Positions 50,375-60,629 of a DNA stretch of 64,000 nt are shown one piece after another (within the stretch, counting starts at the first letter, position 1; the number at the start of each line of letters is the position of its first letter). This stretch comes from Spirochaetia bacterium (GTDB lineage Bacteria; Spirochaetota; Spirochaetia; DSM-2461), in assembly GCA_963666985.2 (NCBI GenBank), contig CAXXIA010000001.1, positions 160,001 through 224,000 on the forward strand, read 5' to 3'. A program made the translations under genes and the position numbers. The notes under the pieces were generated by a model that was given only the letters and a program-made list of their open reading frames with translations, was not told the DNA's origin and searched no databases.

Positions 50375-51748
50375 ATGAAATATTTTATCCTGCCTTTCGG
50401 CTGCCAGATGAATCGCTCGGACGCCGAACGGGTCAGGACCGTTTTAAATTCCATGGGCTGCATCGAAGCGGATGATGAACAGGATCCCGAGGTCGGGATC
50501 AAAGGGATTATTGCCTGTTCGGTCAGGCAGAAGGCCATTGACCGCGTATACGGCAAGATTCGGAAGTGGAACAAAGAAAAGGAACATCGTTCGATGATCA
50601 CTTTCGTTTCCGGCTGTGTTCTGCCTGACGACCGGATTAAGTTTCTCAAAATGTTCGACCTTGTCTTCCCCATCGACCGGCTTTCCGATCTTCCCGATAT
50701 GATCCGGCAGTACGGCGTTCCCTCTTCGGCGAGCATGAATGTTCCCGCCGAGGTTCCCGAAGTCGGAGCTCCTGAAGTCGGCAGTCCGGGCCGTGAAGAG
50801 GCGGCCCGGCGAATTGAGGCCTTCTGGAAACTCGTTCCCGAATATTCCTCGGCGGTTGAGGCCTTTGTGCCCATACAGAACGGCTGCGATAAATTCTGTA
50901 CCTTCTGCGCGGTTCCCTACACGCGGGGGAGAGAGGTTTCCCGTCCCTCTTCCGATATTCTGAATGAGGTTCGATCCTTGGTGGATCAGGGCTGCAAATC
51001 CATCACCTTGCTGGGGCAGAACGTTAATTCCTACGGGCTGGACAAGAAGGGAAGAGAGCTTTCGTTTCCTCAGCTTATGAAGGCCATCGGAGAAATCGGC
51101 CGGGAAACCGGCGCGGATTTTTGGACCTATTTTACCTCGCCTCATCCCCGGGACATCACCCGGGATCTGCTGGAAACAATGGCACAATACGATGTGCTGG
51201 CCAAATGGGTTCATCTGCCTCTGCAGTCGGGAGACGATGACATTTTAAGGAAAATGAACCGCAGTTATTCAGTAAGCGATTACAGGTCCGTGGCGGAGGA
51301 TGTTCGAAAAATCCTTCCGGGATGTTCTCTTTTTACCGATATCATCGTCGGCTTCACCGGGGAAACGGAAGTCCAGTTTGAAGCCACGGCCGAAGCCATG
51401 CGGGAGTTTCGATACGATATGGCCTATATCGCCCGCTACAGTCCGAGACCGGGTGCCCTCAGCGCCCGGTGGGAGGATGATGTTCCTTTGGAAGAGAAAG
51501 CACGACGTTATCATCTTTTGAGTGATCTTTTAACGGAGCTCGCCTCTCCCGCCAACGCGGCTCGCGTGGGCGGCATCGAGAAAGTCCTTGTAACCGGAAG
51601 AGACCGGATGCCGGGCTTCCTCTCGGGCCACACCGAAGGACGCATCCCCGTGAGGCTTAAGGCCGACGGCGTTGAAATCGGCACGTTCGTTGAAGCGAAA
51701 ATAATCTCGGCGCGCCCTTTGAGCATTGAAGGCGTTTTGCCTTTATGA
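50375..51748 (+). CDS. miaB: tRNA-2-methylthio-N6-dimethylallyladenosine synthase
   Basis: GCQMN, CSVR, GCDKFCTFCAVPYTRGRE, LGQNVNSY, TSPHP, TRAM domain. Confidence 0.92.
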   Translation: MKYFILPFGCQMNRSDAERVRTVLNSMGCIEADDEQDPEVGIKGIIACSVRQKAIDRVYGKIRKWNKEKEHRSMITFVSGCVLPDDRIKFLKMFDLVFPIDRLSDLPDMIRQYGVPSSASMNVPAEVPEVGAPEVGSPGREEAARRIEAFWKLVPEYSSAVEAFVPIQNGCDKFCTFCAVPYTRGREVSRPSSDILNEVRSLVDQGCKSITLLGQNVNSYGLDKKGRELSFPQLMKAIGEIGRETGADFWTYFTSPHPRDITRDLLETMAQYDVLAKWVHLPLQSGDDDILRKMNRSYSVSDYRSVAEDVRKILPGCSLFTDIIVGFTGETEVQFEATAEAMREFRYDMAYIARYSPRPGALSARWEDDVPLEEKARRYHLLSDLLTELASPANAARVGGIEKVLVTGRDRMPGFLSGHTEGRIPVRLKADGVEIGTFVEAKIISARPLSIEGVLPL

Positions 51749-51815
51749 CGGAGCACGGTGCAGTGAACTCTTCATCCCTAATCGCGTCCGCCCCCAAACC
51801 GCCGGGGGGTTCCCG

Positions 51816-53225
51816 ATGAGCGATTTGATGACAACCGGCGTTCTTGAGAGTCCTTTTTCGGAGAATCGAGCGCGGAAAGTGGTGTTTAAAACCCTGGGAT
51901 GTAAGCTCAATCAGGCCGAAACCGAGGCCCTGGCTGCGGGATTCAAGTCCCTCGGATGGAAGGTGGCGGCGTTCGGAACTGAAGAAGAAGTGGATGCCGT
52001 TGTTGTGAACAGCTGCACCGTTACCAATACCGCCGATAGAAAGAGCCGGGCGGCCATGAATCGGGCTCTTCGGATTGCCCGGGAGTCGGCCTCGGAGAAA
52101 ACCCTCGTCGTGATGACCGGCTGTTATGCCGACGGTCATCGGGAAACTCTTGAAGAGGACGGCAGAATATTCGTTGTGGGAAACGCCGGTAAATGCCGCG
52201 TTCCTCAGCTCGTGGATGCGTATTTCCGCGGTGAAATAGCGCTTGATCGGGAAGAAGGTAAACGCGATCCTTTCGGATTTCTACCTCCTGAAAGGGTCTT
52301 TAGAACCCGAGCCATGGTGAAAGTTCAGGACGGTTGTGATCATTTCTGTACGTATTGCATTATTCCTTTTGTACGTGGCCGCGCCGTCAGCCGACCCTTG
52401 GATGAAACGGTGAAGGCCGTTCGGGAAGCGGTGGCGGCCGGGTATCGGGAAGTCGTCCTGACCGGCGTTAATATGAGCCGGTGGAGGGAAGGGAAGGCCG
52501 GTTTCGCCGACTTGATCGCCGCCACTCTGGATGTTCGGGGCGATTTTCGGCTTCGGCTCGGATCTGTGGAGCCGGATTTGATTCGGGAAGATCTGTTTGA
52601 TTTGATGAGGCATCCCAAGATGACGCCGCACATGCATCTTTGTCTTCAGTCGGGATCGGAGAAAGTCCTGAAAGCCATGAGACGTCAGTACGGTGCGGCG
52701 GAATTCGAAAGCATCGCCGCAAAGCTGCGGAGCCGGATTCCTCATTTCAACATAACCACCGATGTTATCGTGGGATTCCCCGGCGAGACGGAAGAGGATT
52801 TCGCCGAAACCGCCGCTTTCTGTGAGCGCCTGCGTTTCGGACATATTCACACCTTTCCCTACTCCCGCCGTGAGGGTACCCGTGCCGACGAAATGCCGAA
52901 TCAGGTACCCGAAGAGGAAAAAAAGCGGCGTGCGCACATTATCAGGGAGCTTTCCGAGCGCACCAAGAGAATCTATCGGGAGAGTCTGATAGGTTCTTCG
53001 CAGAAAATCCTCGCGGAAAGCTGTAAGCGGGAATCGGATGGAAAACAGACGGCCCGGGGGCTCTCGGAATCTTATGTTCCGGTGAAATTTTCGCTCACCG
53101 GCGGCGGAAAACCCGAGAAGATTCGGAATCGATTCTTTACAGCCGTTATTGAAGGGGTTGCGGCGGGGGACGATCCGGATCTTTTCGGTTCCCTTATTCC
53201 TGAAGATTCTTCAGAAAGTCCTTAA
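51816..53225 (+). CDS. mtaB: tRNA t6A37 methylthiotransferase
   Basis: TLGCKLNQAE, NSCTVT, KVQDGCDHFCTYC, HTFPYS. Confidence 0.92.
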   Translation: MSDLMTTGVLESPFSENRARKVVFKTLGCKLNQAETEALAAGFKSLGWKVAAFGTEEEVDAVVVNSCTVTNTADRKSRAAMNRALRIARESASEKTLVVMTGCYADGHRETLEEDGRIFVVGNAGKCRVPQLVDAYFRGEIALDREEGKRDPFGFLPPERVFRTRAMVKVQDGCDHFCTYCIIPFVRGRAVSRPLDETVKAVREAVAAGYREVVLTGVNMSRWREGKAGFADLIAATLDVRGDFRLRLGSVEPDLIREDLFDLMRHPKMTPHMHLCLQSGSEKVLKAMRRQYGAAEFESIAAKLRSRIPHFNITTDVIVGFPGETEEDFAETAAFCERLRFGHIHTFPYSRREGTRADEMPNQVPEEEKKRRAHIIRELSERTKRIYRESLIGSSQKILAESCKRESDGKQTARGLSESYVPVKFSLTGGGKPEKIRNRFFTAVIEGVAAGDDPDLFGSLIPEDSSESP

Positions 53226-53673
53226 CCGATTCCCGGAGACTTAAGAGTTTCTCCGGAGGGTAGTCCATTTCCGCCACAAGGCTTTGGGGAACCTTCAGGG
53301 CTTTCCGTCTCAGCTCCCGGCCTTTTTGCGTCAGCCTGACGGTAACAACCCGTTCATCCGCACTCTCGCGCCGCCGCGTTATCAGTCCCTGCGATTCCAG
53401 GCGTTTGAGAAGCGGAGTCAGGGTATTCGTATTGAGAATCAGCGTGTCCGAAAGAAACTGTACCGGAACACCGTCTTTTTCCCAAAGTGCCAGCAGCACC
53501 AGATATTGAGGATAAGTCAGATCCATTTCCTCCAGAAGAGGCTGATATCGGCGGGTAATCAAGCGGCTGACGGCGTAGAAGGGAAAGCAAAGCTGGTTAT
53601 CCAGACGAAGCCATTCGTCATCCCTTTCGTCGGTATCTTCATCTTTTCTTGAGGCTTCCCGGCTGCCGCTCAT
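53194..53673 (-). CDS. MarR-family regulator, OhrR type
   Basis: LDNQLCFPFY with redox Cys, LTYPQYL, TLTPLLKRLE, DER. Confidence 0.92.
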   Translation of the reverse strand: MSGSREASRKDEDTDERDDEWLRLDNQLCFPFYAVSRLITRRYQPLLEEMDLTYPQYLVLLALWEKDGVPVQFLSDTLILNTNTLTPLLKRLESQGLITRRRESADERVVTVRLTQKGRELRRKALKVPQSLVAEMDYPPEKLLSLRESVKDFLKNLQE

Positions 53674-54170
53674 GCCTCCAAAAGTCGGAGAATGTCCGCC
53701 TCGATGCTTTCCGGCTTAACCGCGGGAGCATACCGTTTCACCGGATTCCCATTGCGATCAACAAGAAATTTCGTAAAATTCCATTTGACTTTCTTGGAGC
53801 CGAAACGGCCTTTCATCCGTTCTTTCAGCCAGATGAAAACGGGATGAGTTCCACGGCCGTTCACTTCAATTTTCGCGAACATCGGAAAGCTTACCCCGTA
53901 ATTTAAAAGGCATCCCTGCCGGAGCGAGTCCGCATCCCCGGGTTCCTGATTGAGGAATTGGTTGCAGGGGAACCCGAGGACGAAAAAGCCCTTATCCTTA
54001 TGGAGCCGGTAGAGTTTCTCAAGTCCTTCGTATTGAGGTGTAAAGCCGCATTTGCTGGCGGTATTCACCACAAGAACGACTTTTCCTTTGAAGTCGGAGA
54101 AATCGACTGTCCGATTATCGAGAGAATTGGCCTGCAGACTGTAAAAGTCTTTTTTGCTGATGTTGTTCAT
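53670..54170 (-). CDS. Glutathione peroxidase family protein (Cys type)
   Basis: VNTASKCGFTPQY, GFPCNQF, KWNFTKFL. Confidence 0.95.
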   Translation of the reverse strand: MNNISKKDFYSLQANSLDNRTVDFSDFKGKVVLVVNTASKCGFTPQYEGLEKLYRLHKDKGFFVLGFPCNQFLNQEPGDADSLRQGCLLNYGVSFPMFAKIEVNGRGTHPVFIWLKERMKGRFGSKKVKWNFTKFLVDRNGNPVKRYAPAVKPESIEADILRLLEA

Positions 54171-54177
54171 ATTGGGA

Positions 54178-54229
54178 AACATACTGTGCGCGAATAGAAA
54201 TGTCAAGCAAGATAATATCGCGTGCGATA
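54178..54229 (-). promoter_or_regulatory. gpx-ohrR promoter with candidate OhrR operator
   Basis: Minus-strand TTGACA-N17-TATGTT ends 7 nt before the ATG; palindrome TATCGC-GT-GCGATA at 54216-54229. Confidence 0.65.
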
Positions 54230-54412
54230 AAAAAATAGATCTGGTCGTATCTCAGTTCATTAATTATATTTTCTTTATTGAATATTATGCGAAAGCAGGT
54301 TCAATAGAGTGTATTTGTGTTTGAAGACAAGGCCGACGATCGGCGCATTGCCCGGTACGGCCCTGATGAGGGAACAAAAACGTATTCTAAGAGACTTGAA
54401 GGAAGGTGATTT

Positions 54413-54850
54413 ATGAAAAAGCTGCTGTTCGTGTTCATGGCCATTTTGATCTCGATACCGCTGTTTGCGGCGCAGCATCGCGTTCTTATCGTTAAGGAAG
54501 ATACGGGATATAAAAAGGCCCTCGTCCAAGCTCTGACGGAAGAGCTTAAACGAGACGGTACCGAGGTGGTTGTGATCGATCATAAAAACGGAGAACTGGC
54601 GGGAGTCGATCCGGAGGATTATGATGCGGTTTTTATTACCAATTCGGGCGTTCAGGGCAGAGTCCGTCCCGATGTGGTTGAATGGCTTGATTCGGTTGCC
54701 GGCAGAGACGGCAACGTTATTCTCCATACGACACAAAGAAACGACTGGACTCCGGATGTTTCCGTGGATTCGATAACGTCGGCATCCCAAAAGAGCAACA
54801 TTAGCGAGCTTGTTGCCGATATTGCCGAAAGGATACGGAAGTTCTTCTGA
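54413..54850 (+). CDS. Secreted flavodoxin-like protein with candidate flavinylation motif
   Basis: Signal peptide MKKLLFVFMAILISIPLFA; alpha/beta pattern; VDSITSAS near the C-terminus. Confidence 0.65.
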   Translation: MKKLLFVFMAILISIPLFAAQHRVLIVKEDTGYKKALVQALTEELKRDGTEVVVIDHKNGELAGVDPEDYDAVFITNSGVQGRVRPDVVEWLDSVAGRDGNVILHTTQRNDWTPDVSVDSITSASQKSNISELVADIAERIRKFF

Positions 54851-54851
54851 T

Positions 54852-56213
54852 ATGAGGGAATCTTCGGGAGCTGCCGGACGCATCGTGATTCTCTCGGTTC
54901 TATTTTTTCTCCTTCCGATGTTTTTTGCATCATTGTATTTTGCCGGAAACCTCTATTCGGCGGCGGAGATTGTCGAGCCGTATAATCTTTCCATCTTTTT
55001 CGGCGCGGCGGCGTATGTTCTGTTCATGGGGCAGTTTCTTCTTTCTTCCCGCATGAGGTTTCTGGAACGGTTTATTCCGCAGGATAGGCTTATTTCGATG
55101 CATTCCGTGTCCGGAATGATTATTGCCGGTTTTATTCTGATTCATTTTGTTTTGAAGTGGATTCTTGTTTTCGGATATACCGGGCCGACTCTTCAGGTAG
55201 CGCTGGGAGCCGCGGCCCTTGTACTTTACGCCGTTCTGGCGCCAATGGCCGTTTTTATCCTTCGCGGAAAGAGTGTCAAAGGGAAGAAAAGTCCGCCTTA
55301 TGAAAAGACAAAAACCTTCCATAATTTCTTCGCCCTCGCGGGTCTTTTTGCTGCTGCTCATGTTCTCTTTTCATCAAGTACCTGGTCCGCGGCTTTGAGA
55401 ATCTTCACCGCGGTTTGGGGAGTTCTGTGTCTGGGCGCCTATGTTCATCACAAAATTCTTCGTCCCCAAAAGCGCGCGAATCTGACTCTGGAAGAAATTG
55501 CCGAACTTACGCCGAATATTCATCGCTATCGTTTCGGCGGTGTGCTGCCGCCGACTCTGCAAAAACGCCGTCCCGGGCAGTTCGGCTATTGGTCCTTTAT
55601 CATCAATTGGGAAAAGAACAGCGATTGCGCCCGGTGTATCGGCCCCGAAGAACATCCTTTTACCTTTTCCACGCCGCCGGGAGAGAGTCTGGAAATTACC
55701 GTTCGATCCGATGGTGATTTTACACAATCCCTGCCGGCGCTCCCTTTGGGAACCGCGGTTTTTCTTGACGGTCCTTATGGAAGTTTCCGGCCCCGCGGAC
55801 TGCCTGAGGGAACTCCTCTGCTTTTTTTAGCGGGGGGAATCGGGATAACGCCCGTTTTAAGCGTTATTGCGGACACGGAGACTCGGCGGAAATATCCGAT
55901 GGCTCTGTTATGGAGCGTCAGGGACAAAGCCGAAGAATCGGCCGGAAGAGGATTGGCCGAATTCGCGGAGAACGATCAGATCTTCATGCGAACAATCAGA
56001 ACGCGGGAGTCCGTTTCCGAAGGAGCGTCCCGACATATCGATGCCACTCTGGTTCGGGAAGCTCTTGATTTCCTGGGAATCGGAAAGGGCCTTCACTCTT
56101 ATCCCGCCGTGTTCCTCTGCGGTCCTTCGGCGTTTTCCCAAAGCATGAAGCGTATTGCCCGTGAAATCGGTATTCCCCGAAGACGCATAACGGAGGAGCG
56201 ATTTTCCCGATAG
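54852..56213 (+). CDS. Ferric reductase/NOX-like membrane oxidoreductase (heme b, FAD, NAD(P)H domains)
   Basis: About six TM helices with paired His, EEHPFT, DGPYG, AGGIGITP, LCGP, EERF. Confidence 0.85.
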   Translation: MRESSGAAGRIVILSVLFFLLPMFFASLYFAGNLYSAAEIVEPYNLSIFFGAAAYVLFMGQFLLSSRMRFLERFIPQDRLISMHSVSGMIIAGFILIHFVLKWILVFGYTGPTLQVALGAAALVLYAVLAPMAVFILRGKSVKGKKSPPYEKTKTFHNFFALAGLFAAAHVLFSSSTWSAALRIFTAVWGVLCLGAYVHHKILRPQKRANLTLEEIAELTPNIHRYRFGGVLPPTLQKRRPGQFGYWSFIINWEKNSDCARCIGPEEHPFTFSTPPGESLEITVRSDGDFTQSLPALPLGTAVFLDGPYGSFRPRGLPEGTPLLFLAGGIGITPVLSVIADTETRRKYPMALLWSVRDKAEESAGRGLAEFAENDQIFMRTIRTRESVSEGASRHIDATLVREALDFLGIGKGLHSYPAVFLCGPSAFSQSMKRIAREIGIPRRRITEERFSR

Positions 56214-56407
56214 GATTCTCTTTCATCATGCTGAATTCGTTCCCGCGGATTCTGTGTTGTTCGGAGATCAAAAAAAAGCTCAATGGATTCGGGCGGTTAG
56301 CTTCTCCTTTGACGCCGAATTATGATTGTCTTAGGATTGATCCGATCCGGAGAATGAAGAGCCGGATTTGGCGGAGATTCCGCCGAAGGAGGAAGGCATA
56401 AGCCTCT

Positions 56408-58600
56408 ATGAATCCGATAAACGGTGAATGGTTTGAGATTGACGGTGTACGCGTCAAGCCCGGAAAGGCCGTTCCTTTCGGCGCGGCTCTCGTTCGGGAC
56501 GGAGTGCAGTTTTCCGTTTTTTCGCGTCATGCCACGGCCGTGTCCCTGCTTCTTTTCGATAATCCTCAGGACGTGAAACCTGCCCATGAAATCGTTCTAA
56601 AGCCCCGAATATTTCGAACCGGAGACTGCTGGCATGTTTTGGTGGAAGGTCTCGGCGCCGGTCAATTGTATCTGTATCGGGCCGACGGCCCATACAGTCC
56701 TGAAGAAGGGCACAGATTTAATCGGAATAAACTGCTTATCGATCCTTTTACCAAGGCTCTTACCGGAGATTTCCGCTGGGATTTAAGTGAATCCTTCGGC
56801 TACATCCCGGGGCATCCGGATGCCGATTTGTCTTTTTCCAAACGGGAAAATGCCGCCGTTTTTCCCAAATGCGTCGTCGTGGACGACGATTTCGATTGGC
56901 AGGGCGACAGGCCGCTGAATTATCCCCTGAATAAAACCATAATTTATGAAACCCATGTCCGCGGACTCACATCCCATCCGAGCGCCCGGGAACGTTTCGA
57001 CGTGAAGCATCAGGGGACATATCGGGGCGTTATGGAAATGATTCCCTTTTTGAGGGGACTCGGTGTAACCAGTTTGGAATTTCTGCCGGTTGCCGAATTC
57101 GACGAATACGAATACGAGGATCGAACCAATCCGATAAGCGGAGAACCGCTTAAAAATTACTGGGGATATTCGACAATCGCCTTTTTTGCTCCCAAAGGTT
57201 CTTACGCGACACTCAACACCCGCGGAGAACAGGTCGCCGAGTTTAAGGAAATGGTCCGGGAGCTCCATAAGGTCGGCATCGAGGTGATTCTGGATATCGT
57301 GTTTAATCATACCGGTGAAGGCGATCATATGGGACGGACCCTTTCGTTCAAGGGTCTGGATAACCGCATTTATTACATTTTGGATTCGAATCCCCGCTAC
57401 TATAAGAATTTTTCCGGATGCGGCAACACCTTGAACTGCAATCACCCGGTTGTTCGGGACATGATTATTCGCTGTCTCCGCTACTGGGTACAGGAAATGC
57501 ACGTGGACGGTTTCCGTTTTGATTTGGGATCTATTCTCGGGAGAGATCCTGAAGGCAATTTGATGGACAACCCCCCCGTTTTGGAAACCATCGCTCAAGA
57601 TCCGGTTCTTCGCGACACGAAGATAATCGCCGAGGCCTGGGACGCCGGAGGCGCCTATCAGGTCGGGCAGTTCCCCGGCGGCCGATGGGCCGAGTGGAAC
57701 GATCGGTTCCGGGACGATGTCCGTTCTTTTTGGCGTGGAGACGCCTCGAAAGTGAGCGCTCTCGCGACTCGTTTCAGCGGCAGCGCCGATCTTTATCTGC
57801 AAACGGGCCGCAAGCCTTACCACAGCATCAACTATGTAACGGCCCACGACGGATTTACCCTTTCGGATTTGGTCAGTTACTCAAAGAAGCATAATGAAGC
57901 GAACGGCGAGAACGGACGCGACGGCGCGGAGAATAACTTGAGCTGCAATTGGGGCGGCGAGGGTGAAGTCGGTATCGATAAGGTTTATTGGATGCGAAGC
58001 CGAATGACCCGCAACTTCCTGACGACATTGCTTCTTTCCAGCGGTACTCCGATGATTCTCGGCGGCGATGAAATCCGAAGAACTCAAGGCGGCAACAACA
58101 ACGCATACTGCCATGATAATGAAATCAACTGGTATGATTTTTCCCGCATGGATAAACATCCGGGAACCTATCGTTTCGCGCGGCTTCTTATCGCATTCCG
58201 AAACGCTCATCCGGCGTTTCAGCGGCAGGAGTTTTTCGTGGGGAGGGATTTGAGCAACAACGAGGTTCCCGATATCGGATGGTTCGATGAAAACGGTGCT
58301 CCCATGAATTGGGCGCGTTCGGAAAACATTTTGGCTTTGAGGATTGACGGCAGCCGGAAAGAAATTCATGCCGATGCCGATGATGTGGATATTCTGATTT
58401 TCTTTAACGCCTCGGGAGGAAGCGTCGATTTTTTGGTTCCCGAGCCGCATGACGATCAGCAATGGGTGCGTGTCATCGACACCGCCGAGCCCACGCCGAC
58501 GGATTTTCTGGAAGAAGGGGACGAAGAAAAACCGGTGGAGGCCGGAACCCGTTTCCGGGTTCGGGAAAGATCCATGGTTGTTCTCATCGGCATTCTTTAA
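56408..58600 (+). CDS. glgX: Glycogen debranching enzyme (isoamylase, GH13)
   Basis: IYETHVRG, NYWGYST, DIVFNHT, VDGFRFDL, AEAWD, AHDGFTL, NNNAYC. Confidence 0.96.
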   Translation: MNPINGEWFEIDGVRVKPGKAVPFGAALVRDGVQFSVFSRHATAVSLLLFDNPQDVKPAHEIVLKPRIFRTGDCWHVLVEGLGAGQLYLYRADGPYSPEEGHRFNRNKLLIDPFTKALTGDFRWDLSESFGYIPGHPDADLSFSKRENAAVFPKCVVVDDDFDWQGDRPLNYPLNKTIIYETHVRGLTSHPSARERFDVKHQGTYRGVMEMIPFLRGLGVTSLEFLPVAEFDEYEYEDRTNPISGEPLKNYWGYSTIAFFAPKGSYATLNTRGEQVAEFKEMVRELHKVGIEVILDIVFNHTGEGDHMGRTLSFKGLDNRIYYILDSNPRYYKNFSGCGNTLNCNHPVVRDMIIRCLRYWVQEMHVDGFRFDLGSILGRDPEGNLMDNPPVLETIAQDPVLRDTKIIAEAWDAGGAYQVGQFPGGRWAEWNDRFRDDVRSFWRGDASKVSALATRFSGSADLYLQTGRKPYHSINYVTAHDGFTLSDLVSYSKKHNEANGENGRDGAENNLSCNWGGEGEVGIDKVYWMRSRMTRNFLTTLLLSSGTPMILGGDEIRRTQGGNNNAYCHDNEINWYDFSRMDKHPGTYRFARLLIAFRNAHPAFQRQEFFVGRDLSNNEVPDIGWFDENGAPMNWARSENILALRIDGSRKEIHADADDVDILIFFNASGGSVDFLVPEPHDDQQWVRVIDTAEPTPTDFLEEGDEEKPVEAGTRFRVRERSMVVLIGIL

Positions 58601-58656
58601 AGAGTTTTACCTTTATCGTCTTAACGAGGAATGCCGCTCTTGTTATTCTTAAATCC

Positions 58657-59748
58657 ATGATTTATCGCGAATACCAAGGCAAAAAGACCGCCGCTCTCGG
58701 ATTCGGCGGCATGCGGTTCGAATCCCCCGAAGATATCGATAAAAGCGCGGCTACGGTGCTGCGGGCGCATGAAAAGGGCATTACCTATTTCGATACGGCT
58801 CCGGGTTACTGTAACGACCGTTCGGAAATCATCATGGGAACGGCCATTACGGAAATGAAGAAGAGCGGGAAGCCCTTTACCATTTCGACGAAATCCATGA
58901 AAAAAGACGGCGATGACTTGCGGAGTCAGCTGGAAGAATCTCTCCGAAGGCTCAATGTTGATCGAATCGATTATTTCAACTGCTGGTACGTTCTGACAAT
59001 GCGGGACTGGGAGAGCCGTAAGGCTCAAGGGGCCGTTGAGGCGATTCTGAAAGCGAAGGAAGAGGGGCTTATCGGGCACGCGGTGTTTTCCACGCATATG
59101 TCCGGTCCTGATATTCGGTCCGTTGTTGACGAAGGTTATTTCGAGGGTGTAACGCTGGGATATTCGGCGATCAATTTCCCGTTCCGACAAGAGGGCGTCC
59201 GTGCCGCGGCAAAGCGAGGCATGGGCGTGGTGGTGATGAATCCCCTTGGCGGCGGATTGATTACGTCCAATCCGGAATCTTTTGATTTCCTCAAAGTCCA
59301 TCCCGATCAGAGCATTCTGGAAGCCGCTCTTCATTTTCTTTTTTCCGATTCCCGGATAACCGTTTCTCTTGTCGGTTTTCGGAATGATGAAGACGTGGAT
59401 TCCGCCGCGGCCGCCGTGGAAAGCTTTCGGCCGTATTCGAAGGAGCGGATTTCCGATATCCGCGGGAAGGTTCAGCAGGAGTTCAATGCTCTCTGCACCG
59501 CCTGCATGTACTGTAAAGATTGTCCGGAGAATATTCCCGTTTGGGCGTTTATGGAAACCTGGAATCATATCAAGCTCTCCGGCGGCGATACGGCTTCGGG
59601 CCGTTTGGCGAATTACTGGGGTGTTGCTTTGGAAGAGCTTGAGAGGTGCACGCGCTGCGGGAAATGTGAGCGGGCCTGTACGCAGAAATTGCCGATTCTG
59701 GAGCGTTTTGAAGAGGTGAAGGCCGCTGCGGCGGAGAAGTCCGCGTGA
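58657..59748 (+). CDS. Aldo/keto reductase with C-terminal 4Fe-4S dicluster
   Basis: [41 protein letters not shown]. Confidence 0.92.
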   Translation: MIYREYQGKKTAALGFGGMRFESPEDIDKSAATVLRAHEKGITYFDTAPGYCNDRSEIIMGTAITEMKKSGKPFTISTKSMKKDGDDLRSQLEESLRRLNVDRIDYFNCWYVLTMRDWESRKAQGAVEAILKAKEEGLIGHAVFSTHMSGPDIRSVVDEGYFEGVTLGYSAINFPFRQEGVRAAAKRGMGVVVMNPLGGGLITSNPESFDFLKVHPDQSILEAALHFLFSDSRITVSLVGFRNDEDVDSAAAAVESFRPYSKERISDIRGKVQQEFNALCTACMYCKDCPENIPVWAFMETWNHIKLSGGDTASGRLANYWGVALEELERCTRCGKCERACTQKLPILERFEEVKAAAAEKSA

Positions 59749-60467
59749 TCCGCCCGCAAAAGGGAAATCCCATCGTTGTTCTGACCGGGGCCGGAATCTC
59801 CGCCGAATCCGGTATCCAGACCTTCCGCGGGGCCGACGGATTATGGGAAAACCATCGCGTCGAGGATGTGGCCACTCCCGAGGGATTCGCAAGAAATCCG
59901 GATTTGGTGCAGCGATTTTACAACGAACGGCGCCGTCAGCTCCTTTCGGGAAGCGTTGATCCGAATCCGGCGCATAAGGCTTTGGCCCGCCTCGAAAAAG
60001 ACTATCCGGGCCGTGTGACCGTGGTAACGCAGAATATCGATAATCTTCATGAGCGCGGCGGCAGTAAGAATATTATTCATATGCACGGTGAACTTCTTTC
60101 CGGTTTCTGCGCCTTCTGCGGCAGCCGATTCCCTCTGGAGGGCGATCTGCAAACCGGAGAAACTTGCGATTCCTGCGGAAGAATCGGCGGTTTGAGGCCG
60201 GACATTGTCTGGTTCGGTGAAATGCCCTACCGCATGGAAGAAATCTATGAATTGCTTGCCGAATGCGGTCTTTTTATTGCCGTCGGGACTTCCGGGAATG
60301 TCTATCCGGCATCCGGTTTCGTGGATATCGCCCGCAGCGGAGGGGCGGCAACTCTGGAAGTAAATCTGGAACCCTCATTGGTACGGAATCATTTTTCCGA
60401 TCACCGGTATGGCGAAGCCGGGACGATTCTGCCGGAAATCGTGGATGAAATCCTGGCCGCAAGCTGA
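59745..60467 (+). CDS. cobB: NAD-dependent protein deacylase (sirtuin)
   Basis: [35 protein letters not shown]. Confidence 0.95.
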   Translation: MIRPQKGNPIVVLTGAGISAESGIQTFRGADGLWENHRVEDVATPEGFARNPDLVQRFYNERRRQLLSGSVDPNPAHKALARLEKDYPGRVTVVTQNIDNLHERGGSKNIIHMHGELLSGFCAFCGSRFPLEGDLQTGETCDSCGRIGGLRPDIVWFGEMPYRMEEIYELLAECGLFIAVGTSGNVYPASGFVDIARSGGAATLEVNLEPSLVRNHFSDHRYGEAGTILPEIVDEILAAS

Positions 60468-60487
60468 GGAAGTTCTTGAGATTATGA

Positions 60488-60629
60488 GAGGCTCTTTCAA
60501 AAATAGTGGATTTGGTTTGTAGACAAGGCCGCCGGAGCGCAGAAAGCGCAGTGTAGTCGCTCTACAGGAGCATTTCGAGCACCGCCGAACGCTGTATACG
60601 AGTCAAAGGCGCATTTTTGAAAGAGCCTC
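60488..60629. mobile_element. MITE (non-autonomous element), 142 bp
   Basis: Perfect 17-bp terminal IR GAGGCTCTTTCAAAAAT / ATTTTTGAAAGAGCCTC, flanked by a 4-bp direct repeat ATGA; no ORF. Confidence 0.85.

Noticed and set aside
50743..50790. Short PEVG-like repeats in miaB
   Set aside because: Only about three degenerate units in a variable linker; not an array
53670..54170. Selenocysteine in the glutathione peroxidase
   Set aside because: The active-site codon is Cys and there is no in-frame TGA
58621..59892. 423-aa antisense ORF
   Set aside because: Shadow of the aldo/keto reductase and cobB genes
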